42,964 bases of DNA from IMG/VR virus record IMGVR_UViG_3300035039_000049, positions 1 through 42,964 of that record. The stretch is one strand, 5' to 3'. Source of the DNA: a virus. Its lineage: Duplodnaviria; Caudoviricetes. The position numbers and the translations under genes are program-made. This document shows, piece by piece, positions 32,254-42,394 of this stretch. The notes below the pieces were generated by a model, which did no database searches, was not told the DNA's origin, and saw nothing but the letters and a program-made list of their open reading frames with translations. Within the stretch, counting starts at the first letter, position 1. Every line of letters starts with the position of its first letter.

Positions 32254-35200
32254 ACTTCAACTCCTCACGGATGTCCAACTCCTTAACATCAAGTTTTTCA
32301 ACCTCATCCCAAAAGCGCTCAGTGAAAATACTTAAATCGCTGAGCGTTTTATCCACAGCCCATGCACTATTCATTTGCTTGTTAAACTCATCTATCCACC
32401 CATTCTTTTGATATCGAGCTAATGTCTCAGTAAAAGCTATAGCTCTGGCTTTCGCAGTCATATTGGACAGAGAAATCCAAAAACTCTTTTCCGGCAAATC
32501 TTTTACACCTATAGAAAACTTATACCTATTATACATTCTTTCTTGTTCTTCTCTGTCTTTAACCTTATCCAAAACCGCAGCCATATCTGCTACATCTGCA
32601 TCACCAGTTATAGTAGCATCTACAACATTATCTACTAAGCAGTTATGTGAATGTCTGTATGCGGTATCTAAGGTTTCAGCTTTCTCTAGAGCTTTTTCGT
32701 GTTTTGCAAAAGGATGAGTAATCCCAAGAACGTCATTAACACCTGGGACTTCATTAAGAATCATGCCATAGTGTCTCTCTTTCAGCTCCTTAGGTATCTC
32801 ACCAAAAGCCAACTCATAACCTGTACCAAGTAGTTGCCCATAGATCCCATGGTTAGTAAAATACTCACCTAGGATGTAGCCAACTCTGTCAGGTGACAAG
32901 TCTGTAATTTCTCCTAATTGTTTAAGAAACAGGTTAGTATCTTCAGTCGATTCATACCTTGAATATGGGTAAGGGAGTTCTTCACCAGATATTTTTTCTT
33001 TGTAGTAAAAATCTATATTATTGAAATATCCTAATAGTGCACTAGCTAGTGGTGGCATAGTTGAAGTATCAGCTGGAGAAAACTCTCCTAATGCTTTAAC
33101 TACATTTCCATAGTTTACTTCTTTCCCTAAAGTCATATCTGCCATAGCATCAAATGCAGTTTTGAAAAACCTCTGCGAGTGATCAAGTGGTATTTTAACA
33201 TACATAAACCTATCCTGATTTTCCATATCTTTAAATCCAGAACTATCAGGAAAAATAGGTAAGATTAGATTTCTCCTAAACTCATCCTCAGAGATATTTG
33301 CTGTAGTTTTAGACCTAAGTAATTGTGATGCAATTCTAATACCGTAAAAGAGAGTGCCTAACTGTAATACTTTAGCAGTTGTTCTAACAGGGTCTTCCCA
33401 CGCAGCTCGAAACAAACCTCTAGTGCCTTGTATAGAAGAATTGAAATAAGGTATGATATGATCTACTGCTTTTGATACTCTACCACCCTGATTATGATCA
33501 AGTACATCTCTTGCTACATGGGTAGCCTCTTTTCTTGCCTTAGGATTCTTAAGCACTTCCTCAATTGTAACTCCCCTATCCTTAGCTATCTCTACTAATG
33601 TTCTCTCTCTATTAGCCAACCTAGTTAATATCTCACTAGACTCATTCAAATAACTTAGAACATCATACACTTTGTCAAGCTTAGTATCAGTCCTAAAACC
33701 TCGTTTAAATCTACCTTGATGCACTAAAAACTCCATCCCTCCACCTTCTTTAATATAGTCTACGTACCTACCTCTACGTAGAAAAGTGTCGGGGAACACA
33801 GTTACCAAATCCTTAGTCATCTGCACTGCTGCAACAGGAAGAATTGGTGAATAGTTTGAAACCAACTCACCATCTTTATATCTAAGTGAAGAAGTAAAGA
33901 TATGCAACATATCACGAGGCAAGTTTCTTATTGCGAATGTAGGATCGATACCAGTCGCAAACATTCTTAAAACACTAGCACCACTAATATTACTAGCCAT
34001 ATCAGCTAAGTAGGAAGACAGGTGTGGATCTCTGACAATCCAGCCATCAAACATCTCTGGACTTAGATAAATAGATTGTTGCTTTCCATCTACGTAAACT
34101 TTGATTGGTTTCCAGCCACGAGGTACAGTTACTCTACCCCTACCCTCTTTGTCACCTTTACGTCTAACTCTGACAAACGGATTCTTTGGATACTGCTCAG
34201 TGATGTCAAGTAAAGCTTTGTTCGCTCTGTTATTCATTATTCTACCGTACGTCCTGGAAAAAACCTCAAGAGCCATCCTCTGTCCTGAGCGATCAAAGAT
34301 ATCACCCTCCGTGCCTCTCGCTAGAGATTCAATCCCAGAGTCATACACAGATCTTGGGACTAACCCTATTTGTCTTCTTCTAGTTCCAGCACCACCTGGT
34401 GTATCAAAGATATCCGCAAGCTTGAATTTACGATACTTGAATTGCCTAAGATCATTAAACTCCTGCTCAGAGATAATACCTTCGTCAAACAGATCTTCTA
34501 ACGCTCTATTCATATGATCATAGTAGGACTCAGTCCTCCTTTTAATATCTAAGACTTCCTCCGCAGTGAGACCCTCCCTCTCACCTAAGTTCTCTACCCA
34601 GTCTTTAACTTTATCCATCTCAACTGGACGTGTCCACTGCTTAGCACTCTTGTACTTATCTACTTCAATCAACCTAGTAGCAAGTAAATAGTCATTAAGA
34701 ATCCTCTTCTTGCGTTTCCCATAGCCTTTGTAAACATCCTTGCGCATCAACTTGAACCTGCGTGCTGCTTCAGCACAAGCTCCACGTGCCAAGTTAGCCT
34801 CCACCAGAGCGTCTCTACCAAGTTGACCAAACCCCTTTAGAATTTTTCTTACATCACCACTTCTATCAACCCAGTCTTTTTTTGCCTCTCTGAGAAAATC
34901 TCTAATTTTCCTACTAGTGGATACCTTACTCGCATCATCCATCTTCTCCCTATACTCACTCCACGAAGGCTTTTTCTTTTTAGGTTTAGGACTAGGACTA
35001 GGAGCACTCCCTGAACTTCTTGCATAATCAATTCTATACTCACCTACTTTTCGTGGAGCTTCTACAACACCTTCTTTTGCGCTAACTAAATCTCCGGAAG
35101 CAGTTTCACTTATAATCTTTTCAACAGCATCTCTTGGATTCCTGTTTCCAGCCTTAACTGCCTCATCGTAGGACTTCTTAGCTTCCATTGCAATTTCTTC

Positions 35201-37987
35201 CCACGTCTTACCATTAAATCTTATTTCTTCCAGCGAAGTAACTTCATAAACTTGTTTAGGTTTATACCCTTTTTCATGTAAATCTTGGAAACTTAAAGAA
35301 TACCACGGTGAGTAAGTTAAATTCTTTCCTTTAGCATCTTTGTATAAAAAGATCTCGTCCGGCTTAGGCATTGTATCAGTTTCGCCTCTTAGCCAATTAC
35401 GAAGTGATTCAACAAAACTATCTTCTCTGTGCAGTAACTTTGAATCAAATCCACCTTGAGCAGTGAAATCTTTAACCTTAACCCTTTCTTTAAACCCACC
35501 AGCTCTCTGTGCAGACTTAGCAAATGCATAGTATTCATCTATCACAGTCTTCCACGCATCAAACTCTGCATGGTCTTTGAAAAGACCTACTAAGTTATCA
35601 GATCTAAGTGAGAGAGTTCTTAGTGTCTCTACTGCTTTATCAAGTTTAACCCTACCTACTCTATGATGCAGAAACATATTAACATCGTTTATAAGCTTTT
35701 GCGTCATAGCATTGATATCACTCCTAATAATATGCTGTACGCTTTCCCTCCTAAGAAGTTTGTTAACTCTTTCTGTCTCCCTAGCAGATGTAAAGAAGGG
35801 GGACTTGTAAGGATCTACTGTCTCTAGCATAGTAATAGGACTAGCCTTTATAGGAGTCATGGAGTCAGTCCACTCATCTGGATTCCACCTAATTTTAGCA
35901 TTGCCTTTAACCATCTCCTCGAAGTGATGTATAGGGTCATCTACACCCTTGAAAAATTCCTTTCCTGACTCAGAAGTATAGCTCTTTTTAATGCTATCTG
36001 CGCACTGCTCTAAATAAAGTTCGTAAGCACCTCTAGGTTTCTCCTGAGATTCAACCCACCTACCAATTTCATCAGCGAACCACTCATTAAATGCCAGATC
36101 ATATTTACTTGGAGGTCCTAAACCGCCAGAGGGCATTCTTCTTAGAGTCTTAGATCCACGGGAAGTTCTAGCGTCCTTACTAGTTGCCACATTCTTTGGG
36201 TCAATAAGCCACTCATTATACTTAATATTTATCAAATCTCGTACTTTTTGAGGAGCCCTATTCAAGAAACTATACATTACAGCATGACCGAACTCATGAC
36301 TTAAGACATATATAAAATTATCACTTCCTAATTTAATAGTGTCAGAGTTTAAAAACATACCATAATTTTGATATTCTTGACCTACCTCACTACGCCTAGA
36401 ACCAAGAAATCCTCGAGTTTTAATATTTTTTCCTTTAGCAAAAATTATCTGCATCGAGCCTTTCATATCAAAACTATTAGCCAGTGCTGCTATTGCATTA
36501 GTAGTAGATTCATCTAATCCAAATTGCCTAATGTCTATATCTCCATACCTCTTATACTTAGTAGCCTTTAACTTATCAATATCAGCCCTATTTAAAACTT
36601 CCTCTCTCTTTAAAAACTCCGCTTGGTCAGCTACTATATTATCAAAGTTAATAGACCTCTTCCACTTAATAAAATCATCTTGCCTTTTATTATATACTGT
36701 AGTTTTAAACTCAACATTTTCTTTTAATAGCTTAGCATCCTCCACTATTCTGGCTTTAGCCGCTTCTATTCTACCAGCACTCTCCACCGAAACTTCTTTT
36801 AAATATTCATCGATGGTTAGGACTTGTTTAACTATATCGGCAGCAGGTTCGCTTAGAAAAGTTTCTGGTGCTTCTCCTATTGATTTTTTAGTCTTAGACA
36901 TTGGAGCTTTAAGGTGCATAACTTTAGCTTGGAAAACTAACCCTCCAACATCTCCAAGAATACGAAGTGCACCCTTAACATCTTCATTATCAAACATATT
37001 GGAAACTTTGCCAAACAACATACTCCAGGCAGTAGCTGGAACCATAACAACTTCACCAACCAACCTAGATTCAGGGATAGTAGATTTGTAAACAGACCAA
37101 TCCATAGCTGTCATACCATCTTCCAATCCCATCATCATTTCTCTATGTATGTCCATTAGAGACCAATCCTCAGGAAGTTTGCCTAGGTATGTAGTAGTAC
37201 GCCCAATCGCACTGGCAACCCCAGCAGCGAAACTTGGCATAGCACTGACAAACTCATACATTCCCTGCACTAAACCACTCCCTACTGGATGCCCTTTCTT
37301 GTATATTAACTTAGTAAGATCAGAAAAGGTTCCCCTAATATCTTCGGCAGTAGTTTCCATTATGTCAGTAGGAGGTTCCATTAAGTGGGAGTCCATGAGG
37401 ATGTCAAAGTATTCCTGTGACCCATCTTTAATGTGTGGAGTTTCTCCAGTCTCCTCTGTTGGCTCAGTAGGTTCGGCGCCCATAGTTTCCACTTGACCCA
37501 GTATGTCCAAGTACTCATAGGCTTTATCTGTGGACTCAGTAGTCTCAGATGGTCCTGCAGACTCAGTGCCCATAGTCTCTACTCGGCGCAAAACATCTAA
37601 GTACCTACTCTCCTTTTCCGAAGGTAAATTCAACTTGGACGGCTTAACTGGTTTAGTTATTTCAGATGGCTTAGTAGGCTCAGTACCCATAGTCTCAGCC
37701 TGTCTCATTACATCAAAGTAACTCTCTGCATCTTCACGCCCTTTGAATTGTCTATCTGATTCAAAGACAGAAGGGTCTTCAGCTTTTAGTACATCCAACA
37801 TAGGAGAATCCACACTCGGTGTAATTGGTTCACTGAGTTTGGGTTCTTCCTCTTCAAAGCCATAAAGTTTCTTAGCCCTACTCTCGAAACTAAGAGACTC
37901 ACTCTCTTTCGGACTATATAACTTTTTTGCTCTGTCTCTAAAACTAAAAGATTCAGAAACCTCTGCCTGTTGTTTAGTATTATTCAA
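32252..37987 (-). CDS. Large internal virion/ejection protein (polyvalent: zincin-like HEFGH, LPD38-like C-terminus)
   Basis: 1911 aa; SHEFGH...FNEWFAD; FAIRNLPRD, IPYFNSSIQG, YVKIP C-terminal motifs; last gene of the ejection block. Confidence 0.72.
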   Translation of the reverse strand: MNNTKQQAEVSESFSFRDRAKKLYSPKESESLSFESRAKKLYGFEEEEPKLSEPITPSVDSPMLDVLKAEDPSVFESDRQFKGREDAESYFDVMRQAETMGTEPTKPSEITKPVKPSKLNLPSEKESRYLDVLRRVETMGTESAGPSETTESTDKAYEYLDILGQVETMGAEPTEPTEETGETPHIKDGSQEYFDILMDSHLMEPPTDIMETTAEDIRGTFSDLTKLIYKKGHPVGSGLVQGMYEFVSAMPSFAAGVASAIGRTTTYLGKLPEDWSLMDIHREMMMGLEDGMTAMDWSVYKSTIPESRLVGEVVMVPATAWSMLFGKVSNMFDNEDVKGALRILGDVGGLVFQAKVMHLKAPMSKTKKSIGEAPETFLSEPAADIVKQVLTIDEYLKEVSVESAGRIEAAKARIVEDAKLLKENVEFKTTVYNKRQDDFIKWKRSINFDNIVADQAEFLKREEVLNRADIDKLKATKYKRYGDIDIRQFGLDESTTNAIAALANSFDMKGSMQIIFAKGKNIKTRGFLGSRRSEVGQEYQNYGMFLNSDTIKLGSDNFIYVLSHEFGHAVMYSFLNRAPQKVRDLINIKYNEWLIDPKNVATSKDARTSRGSKTLRRMPSGGLGPPSKYDLAFNEWFADEIGRWVESQEKPRGAYELYLEQCADSIKKSYTSESGKEFFKGVDDPIHHFEEMVKGNAKIRWNPDEWTDSMTPIKASPITMLETVDPYKSPFFTSARETERVNKLLRRESVQHIIRSDINAMTQKLINDVNMFLHHRVGRVKLDKAVETLRTLSLRSDNLVGLFKDHAEFDAWKTVIDEYYAFAKSAQRAGGFKERVKVKDFTAQGGFDSKLLHREDSFVESLRNWLRGETDTMPKPDEIFLYKDAKGKNLTYSPWYSLSFQDLHEKGYKPKQVYEVTSLEEIRFNGKTWEEIAMEAKKSYDEAVKAGNRNPRDAVEKIISETASGDLVSAKEGVVEAPRKVGEYRIDYARSSGSAPSPSPKPKKKKPSWSEYREKMDDASKVSTSRKIRDFLREAKKDWVDRSGDVRKILKGFGQLGRDALVEANLARGACAEAARRFKLMRKDVYKGYGKRKKRILNDYLLATRLIEVDKYKSAKQWTRPVEMDKVKDWVENLGEREGLTAEEVLDIKRRTESYYDHMNRALEDLFDEGIISEQEFNDLRQFKYRKFKLADIFDTPGGAGTRRRQIGLVPRSVYDSGIESLARGTEGDIFDRSGQRMALEVFSRTYGRIMNNRANKALLDITEQYPKNPFVRVRRKGDKEGRGRVTVPRGWKPIKVYVDGKQQSIYLSPEMFDGWIVRDPHLSSYLADMASNISGASVLRMFATGIDPTFAIRNLPRDMLHIFTSSLRYKDGELVSNYSPILPVAAVQMTKDLVTVFPDTFLRRGRYVDYIKEGGGMEFLVHQGRFKRGFRTDTKLDKVYDVLSYLNESSEILTRLANRERTLVEIAKDRGVTIEEVLKNPKARKEATHVARDVLDHNQGGRVSKAVDHIIPYFNSSIQGTRGLFRAAWEDPVRTTAKVLQLGTLFYGIRIASQLLRSKTTANISEDEFRRNLILPIFPDSSGFKDMENQDRFMYVKIPLDHSQRFFKTAFDAMADMTLGKEVNYGNVVKALGEFSPADTSTMPPLASALLGYFNNIDFYYKEKISGEELPYPYSRYESTEDTNLFLKQLGEITDLSPDRVGYILGEYFTNHGIYGQLLGTGYELAFGEIPKELKERHYGMILNEVPGVNDVLGITHPFAKHEKALEKAETLDTAYRHSHNCLVDNVVDATITGDADVADMAAVLDKVKDREEQERMYNRYKFSIGVKDLPEKSFWISLSNMTAKARAIAFTETLARYQKNGWIDEFNKQMNSAWAVDKTLSDLSIFTERFWDEVEKLDVKELDIREELK

Positions 37988-38705
37988 CTCTATACTCCCC
38001 TGTTAAGAATTCTCCATCAAGATACCAACCGGCTCCCTCTGGCCCATTAGGGTTGAATTTAACTCTATTACCCCACAAACGTTTAGCTTCTTCATTAATA
38101 CGCTTATTAATAATCATGTAAGCATCAGCTTTTTCTTGTGGAGTTTTGTTTTTCTTATTTATGATAAGACGGGTAGATGGATCAAATGTATCAAGGAATT
38201 CCTCACTCGTAATATTCTGCCTGAATTTGTGAAACTCATCTATCTTCTCAGAGATTTCTCTTCTCTCTCTATACTCCGGAATAGTAATTGCTCCAGCTTT
38301 CTCTTTAAGCAGAGCCATCTCTCTAAACTCAGGATTACGCATCATCTCTTTAATATACTTAATTGCAGCAGTATCACCACTATCAGCTTCTTTAAGAACC
38401 TCAGCGAAATCTTTGTTCTGACTGGCAACCGCATAATTCTTAACCTCTTTAGGAAGTGAATTCCACTGATCAAGTGTAACCTCACCCACACCTGGTACTT
38501 TGTAAGGAGCCATCTTAGTTCCTTTGGAAGTAGAAGCAAGATAATACTTCCCTAACATATTTTTGTACCTAGCATCAATTAGATCCCTCTGTCTCTGTTG
38601 TGCAAGTTGTATTGCTGAAAGTTTTGGTCCCAAACTAGCCCGAACATCTGCGGGCGTTAGGCCTAGAAGATCGGAACCGCTTAAATCTAGGCCCCCAGAA
38701 AATTT
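37980..38705 (-). CDS. C-terminal segment of an ejection protein, probably reached by -1 frameshift from 39067..38687 (fusion ~362 aa)
   Basis: Frame is open upstream of the TTG at 38633 (KFSGGLDLSGSDLLGLTPADVRAS) to a slippery A AAT TTT; no RBS at the TTG. Confidence 0.65.
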   Translation of the reverse strand, partial: KFSGGLDLSGSDLLGLTPADVRASLGPKLSAIQLAQQRQRDLIDARYKNMLGKYYLASTSKGTKMAPYKVPGVGEVTLDQWNSLPKEVKNYAVASQNKDFAEVLKEADSGDTAAIKYIKEMMRNPEFREMALLKEKAGAITIPEYRERREISEKIDEFHKFRQNITSEEFLDTFDPSTRLIINKKNKTPQEKADAYMIINKRINEEAKRLWGNRVKFNPNGPEGAGWYLDGEFLTGEYRVE

Positions 38706-39067
38706 GAGAGATAGCTTAAAGGATTAAAGTTTTGCAGCGCATTATCTTGCTGCACTTGAGGTTGTTGCGTTTGAGGTTGATTGGCACTCACACCTGAGCC
38801 TGGGCTAGTAGGTGACCCCATCTTGATTTTGGAAGAGTCAGTGTTTGTCCCAGTAGGCTTCGTTTCTAGAGTGAGCTTACTAGCATTGTTATTACCTCCA
38901 CTTCCATTAAGAAGCTCTTTCAACAAATTAGCTTGGTTTATTGTAGCGATTTGACCCATCACTCCACCACCAAGAATATCACCAAAAGAATCTTTTCCAC
39001 CTATTGCACCACCACTCATGCCAAGTAAGTAAGCCAACATCTTTTGATCACCACTTATATCATCCAT
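38687..39067 (-). CDS. Internal virion protein (unshifted product)
   Basis: Gly-rich N-terminus, Gln/Pro-rich tail; GAGAGGA RBS. Confidence 0.7.
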   Translation of the reverse strand: MDDISGDQKMLAYLLGMSGGAIGGKDSFGDILGGGVMGQIATINQANLLKELLNGSGGNNNASKLTLETKPTGTNTDSSKIKMGSPTSPGSGVSANQPQTQQPQVQQDNALQNFNPLSYLSNFLGA

Positions 39068-39086
39068 AACTTTTCCTCTCTTAAAT

Positions 39087-40124
39087 TTAACCTAAAAGTC
39101 CTGCGGCAGCGCCTAAAGCTCCACCTATAACAGTTCCCCACCCAGGATTTACTTTAGATCCTTCCATAGACCCGTACAATAATCCAGCTCCAGCACCACT
39201 AAGTGCTCCACCTATTGCACTGCCAAACTTATTTTGTTTCTTATCTGTCACAGAAGCAGTACCACCTGCAATACTTGCAATTAGGTGATTACTGTACTCA
39301 AAAACCTCAAGATCCCACAAAGCTTCCTTTTCGTCTAAATCAAGATTTTGATTAACTTCCTCGGATTGAGCAACTATGGCAATCCTATTACTTTCAACGA
39401 TAAGTTTAGCTAAATCCTGCTCAAAAGAAATAGTTTGTGCCATCAAGCTAGACATCTCAGTAGCTGCTTGCAACACCTGTTGTTGTCTTTGGCTGTGGGA
39501 CATCGAGATGATTTTATTCCTCTCAATACAAAACCTAGTTTTTAATTCCTCTCTCTGTTTAAACGCTTCAACACGTAAACCAGTTGAATACTTAGCAACT
39601 TCAATATTCCTACCTTCTTCTATCAAAGATCTTCCTATAACAAAGGCACTTGAAAGCGCAGCGCCTGCGTCTCTCATACCTTGTTCGAAACGAGGAGTTA
39701 CATCACTAACTATCTGAGCATCCAGTTGATCAGCAAAAGCGTCTACATCATCTTCGATGAGCCCGTCTATTTCAGTCTCCATCTCACACAAACCATCTAT
39801 TTCTGGAAACTGTGTATAAGCAAGTTCTACGTAGGACTGAAAATTTACATCTGTATCAACCGCATGAACCAGTGTAGCAAAGTCATTCACAGCGTTCATC
39901 ATATTAGATACTTCAGTCCCTGGATCAAACGCATTAGCGTCTTCAAAAGGATTATCCGTAAACGCTTGGTTCATCGCACATATCATACACTGGTTTAAAT
40001 TCTCTGTGCAATCACCAGCATCTGTCGGCAAAGGAGCTAAACACATAAAATGTTTATGTAGTTCCTTCAAATAATCTGGATAATCTACTTTACCAGAACT
40101 TCCGCCACCACCACTGCTACCCAT
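39087..40124 (-). CDS. Internal virion/DNA ejection (pilot-like) protein
   Basis: MGSSGGGGSSG start, coiled coil, Gly/Ala-rich hydrophobic C-terminus. Confidence 0.7.
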   Translation of the reverse strand: MGSSGGGGSSGKVDYPDYLKELHKHFMCLAPLPTDAGDCTENLNQCMICAMNQAFTDNPFEDANAFDPGTEVSNMMNAVNDFATLVHAVDTDVNFQSYVELAYTQFPEIDGLCEMETEIDGLIEDDVDAFADQLDAQIVSDVTPRFEQGMRDAGAALSSAFVIGRSLIEEGRNIEVAKYSTGLRVEAFKQREELKTRFCIERNKIISMSHSQRQQQVLQAATEMSSLMAQTISFEQDLAKLIVESNRIAIVAQSEEVNQNLDLDEKEALWDLEVFEYSNHLIASIAGGTASVTDKKQNKFGSAIGGALSGAGAGLLYGSMEGSKVNPGWGTVIGGALGAAAGLLG

Positions 40125-40125
40125 C

Positions 40126-40542
40126 TTATATCTCCAATTTACAGTATATAGTTTTTAGATTAAATCCTAAATTACTAAGAATATTTAGGACATACTCTAC
40201 TTGTGAATAAGTTACTACCTCACTGCATTCATTTTTCTTTGCCCACTTAGATATAGCCGCCACTCCCTCCTCATAGATAGTTGGATCAGCGCCGAAACCC
40301 CTAACTGCGAGAATTAAGAGTTGGCGACTATTTGATACAATGTCTCTGACTATTGTTGTCAGAGTTATTCCTTTTAACTTTCTTTCCTTATCTTCTCTCA
40401 CGAAAGATACCCAGCACTGCAATTTCCCACTGAGTAAACCACTCAAAATCAGATTAGAATCAGTAACACCTTCCACTTCACAGACCTTTGAAACCACATC
40501 CCAATAAGCAACTACTTGACTTGGTAATAGTTGAACTATCAT
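40126..40542 (-). CDS. GNAT-like protein of the podovirus tail/ejection block
   Basis: ATGA overlap at 40542; LQCWV...WAKKNEC...LGF pattern and position. Confidence 0.55.
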   Translation of the reverse strand: MIVQLLPSQVVAYWDVVSKVCEVEGVTDSNLILSGLLSGKLQCWVSFVREDKERKLKGITLTTIVRDIVSNSRQLLILAVRGFGADPTIYEEGVAAISKWAKKNECSEVVTYSQVEYVLNILSNLGFNLKTIYCKLEI

Positions 40543-41909
40543 GATTGCCCCCTTGGAGGTGCAGCGTAAATACCTCTCAGACTTCTCATATCTGTCATTT
40601 TCCACCTTGTTGTCAGAGATCCGATACTTAGATCACTGTAATCAGAGGTTTTAAAGTTTAATTTAAACTCAGTTCCATTAATAATCTGTCTTACAAAGCC
40701 GTTACGGTTTAGTGTTTTCCACCCAGTCTTTTGAAACTCATTGGAAGTATTTTTTCTCCAGTCCACTGCAGTTTGCATAGTTCCGCTACTACTGGCACTA
40801 ACCTCGTTAGTAAAAATAGTTTTGTCACCTCGCTGTCCCATATCTAAAACATCAGTTACTATTCTTGCCTCTTCATCACCACTACTTTTAAAAAAAGCAT
40901 ATTGTTGACCGTCTAACCAACAGCTAGTTGGAAGATAGTGAACCTCAGAGAGACCATTCGAAGTTAGTAGAAAACACTTACTGCCATCACAGATATAAAA
41001 ATCACCCAAATTTTCTGCATAAGATATAACTATGTCACTTTGGTCTAGTTGCTCTACGTACTCACTGTAACCAAGCTCCTCTAACCCTTTACTAGTTATT
41101 CTCCAAAGTAATCCATTAGCAACAAATACATGAGTTGAGACATCCCCTGCTATCGCATACCTTGATGGAATCGACAGTCTTTTAACCTTAGACAAACCAA
41201 AGCCTTTTGGCGCAGGAGTCATCCGTGCAACTCCATTTTCTCCATAAACTACAATATAATTATCTAATTTCAACACCTGGAATACTTCACCACTGTAAAC
41301 AAAAGGCATATAGCCAGAAGTATTATCCCTCCTGGGAGTGCAATCTATATTGCCTATCCTACTCCACACAATATAGTTCTCATCACAATCGTACCAGTCA
41401 GACTGTATATTGCCGAAGATAGCCTGTCCATTGTAATTTATAGCTGTTTTAAAAAGTGGTACTGTTACTAACGCTCCACCGAGTGAGTAACTAAGAGACA
41501 CAGGATCAAAGTAAATTAGAGCATCCCCATTAGACATAATAATATAGTCTTTGAAAGCCGCAGCAGAGAATCTGTCACCTTCACCATAAATAGCCCAGTT
41601 TATATTAAGTTTAAGTGTAGCACTATAATCATCATTCACAACATATAGTTGATCTCTTGATAGTATTTCATCCCTTAAAATAAACAGATTAAAACCCCAA
41701 GCCTTGATGAATTGCGGAAAAGGCCATACTATATTTACATCCACACTGCTAATGGGATTAGTTAAAACCTCTGGTGATTCGTGTCCTATTTTACCACATC
41801 TACAGTTATAATACTCAGTGAGAAACTTTGTATTATCACGGAAGTTACAGTCATACGGCCTAAGACCATTTCTCAAAGCTTCGTTTATAACTGTGTAAAA
41901 TTCTCTCAT
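40539..41909 (-). CDS. Tail tubular protein B / DNA stabilization protein-like
   Basis: 456 aa, beta-rich; IVWSRIG and IVVYGENGV; upstream of ejection genes. Confidence 0.65.
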   Translation of the reverse strand: MREFYTVINEALRNGLRPYDCNFRDNTKFLTEYYNCRCGKIGHESPEVLTNPISSVDVNIVWPFPQFIKAWGFNLFILRDEILSRDQLYVVNDDYSATLKLNINWAIYGEGDRFSAAAFKDYIIMSNGDALIYFDPVSLSYSLGGALVTVPLFKTAINYNGQAIFGNIQSDWYDCDENYIVWSRIGNIDCTPRRDNTSGYMPFVYSGEVFQVLKLDNYIVVYGENGVARMTPAPKGFGLSKVKRLSIPSRYAIAGDVSTHVFVANGLLWRITSKGLEELGYSEYVEQLDQSDIVISYAENLGDFYICDGSKCFLLTSNGLSEVHYLPTSCWLDGQQYAFFKSSGDEEARIVTDVLDMGQRGDKTIFTNEVSASSSGTMQTAVDWRKNTSNEFQKTGWKTLNRNGFVRQIINGTEFKLNFKTSDYSDLSIGSLTTRWKMTDMRSLRGIYAAPPRGQS

Positions 41910-42394
41910 TCCTCCTCCTCTTTCTCAAGGAGCTCAAGTTTATCTATCATCTCTTTATGAACATCACACTCTTTAACACTAGGAATCATACTCATCCCTA
42001 TCCAAAATCCAGAAGCTTCATTATTAAGACATTCTACAATAACTCTATCACCAGCCTTAATTGAATATCTTAAATCAAGAACTAAATTTTGCTTCTTGAC
42101 TAAAACACTTTCAGTGGTAACAGTATTGCCGTGAGCTAGACTAACACTTAACTCAACTCCGCCTTTAGGCATCTTCTCAATAAAAACAGCTATGTGTTTT
42201 ACTGACCCATTACAGGCAAAGAGATACCTAAAAATAACTCCAGATGTTTTAACATATTCGGAGATAGGAAAAGGCGGTACGAGAATGGATACAACTTTCT
42301 GTGACCGTTTCTTCAAGCGGTGAAGTTCCACATCCACCAATCTGAATCTCTCCTCAGTGGTTTCACCTTTAACTATTTTATTTCTTCTAGCCAT
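41906..42394 (-). CDS. Hypothetical tail-associated protein
   Basis: ~162 aa; tightly overlaps neighbours. Confidence 0.6.
   Translation of the reverse strand: MARRNKIVKGETTEERFRLVDVELHRLKKRSQKVVSILVPPFPISEYVKTSGVIFRYLFACNGSVKHIAVFIEKMPKGGVELSVSLAHGNTVTTESVLVKKQNLVLDLRYSIKAGDRVIVECLNNEASGFWIGMSMIPSVKECDVHKEMIDKLELLEKEEEE

Noticed and set aside
32463-41422. Plus-strand ORFs within the late arm (32463, 34101, 36531, 37149, 37530, 38136, 39376, 39681, 41207)
   Set aside because: Antisense shadows of long minus-strand genes with no recognisable motifs
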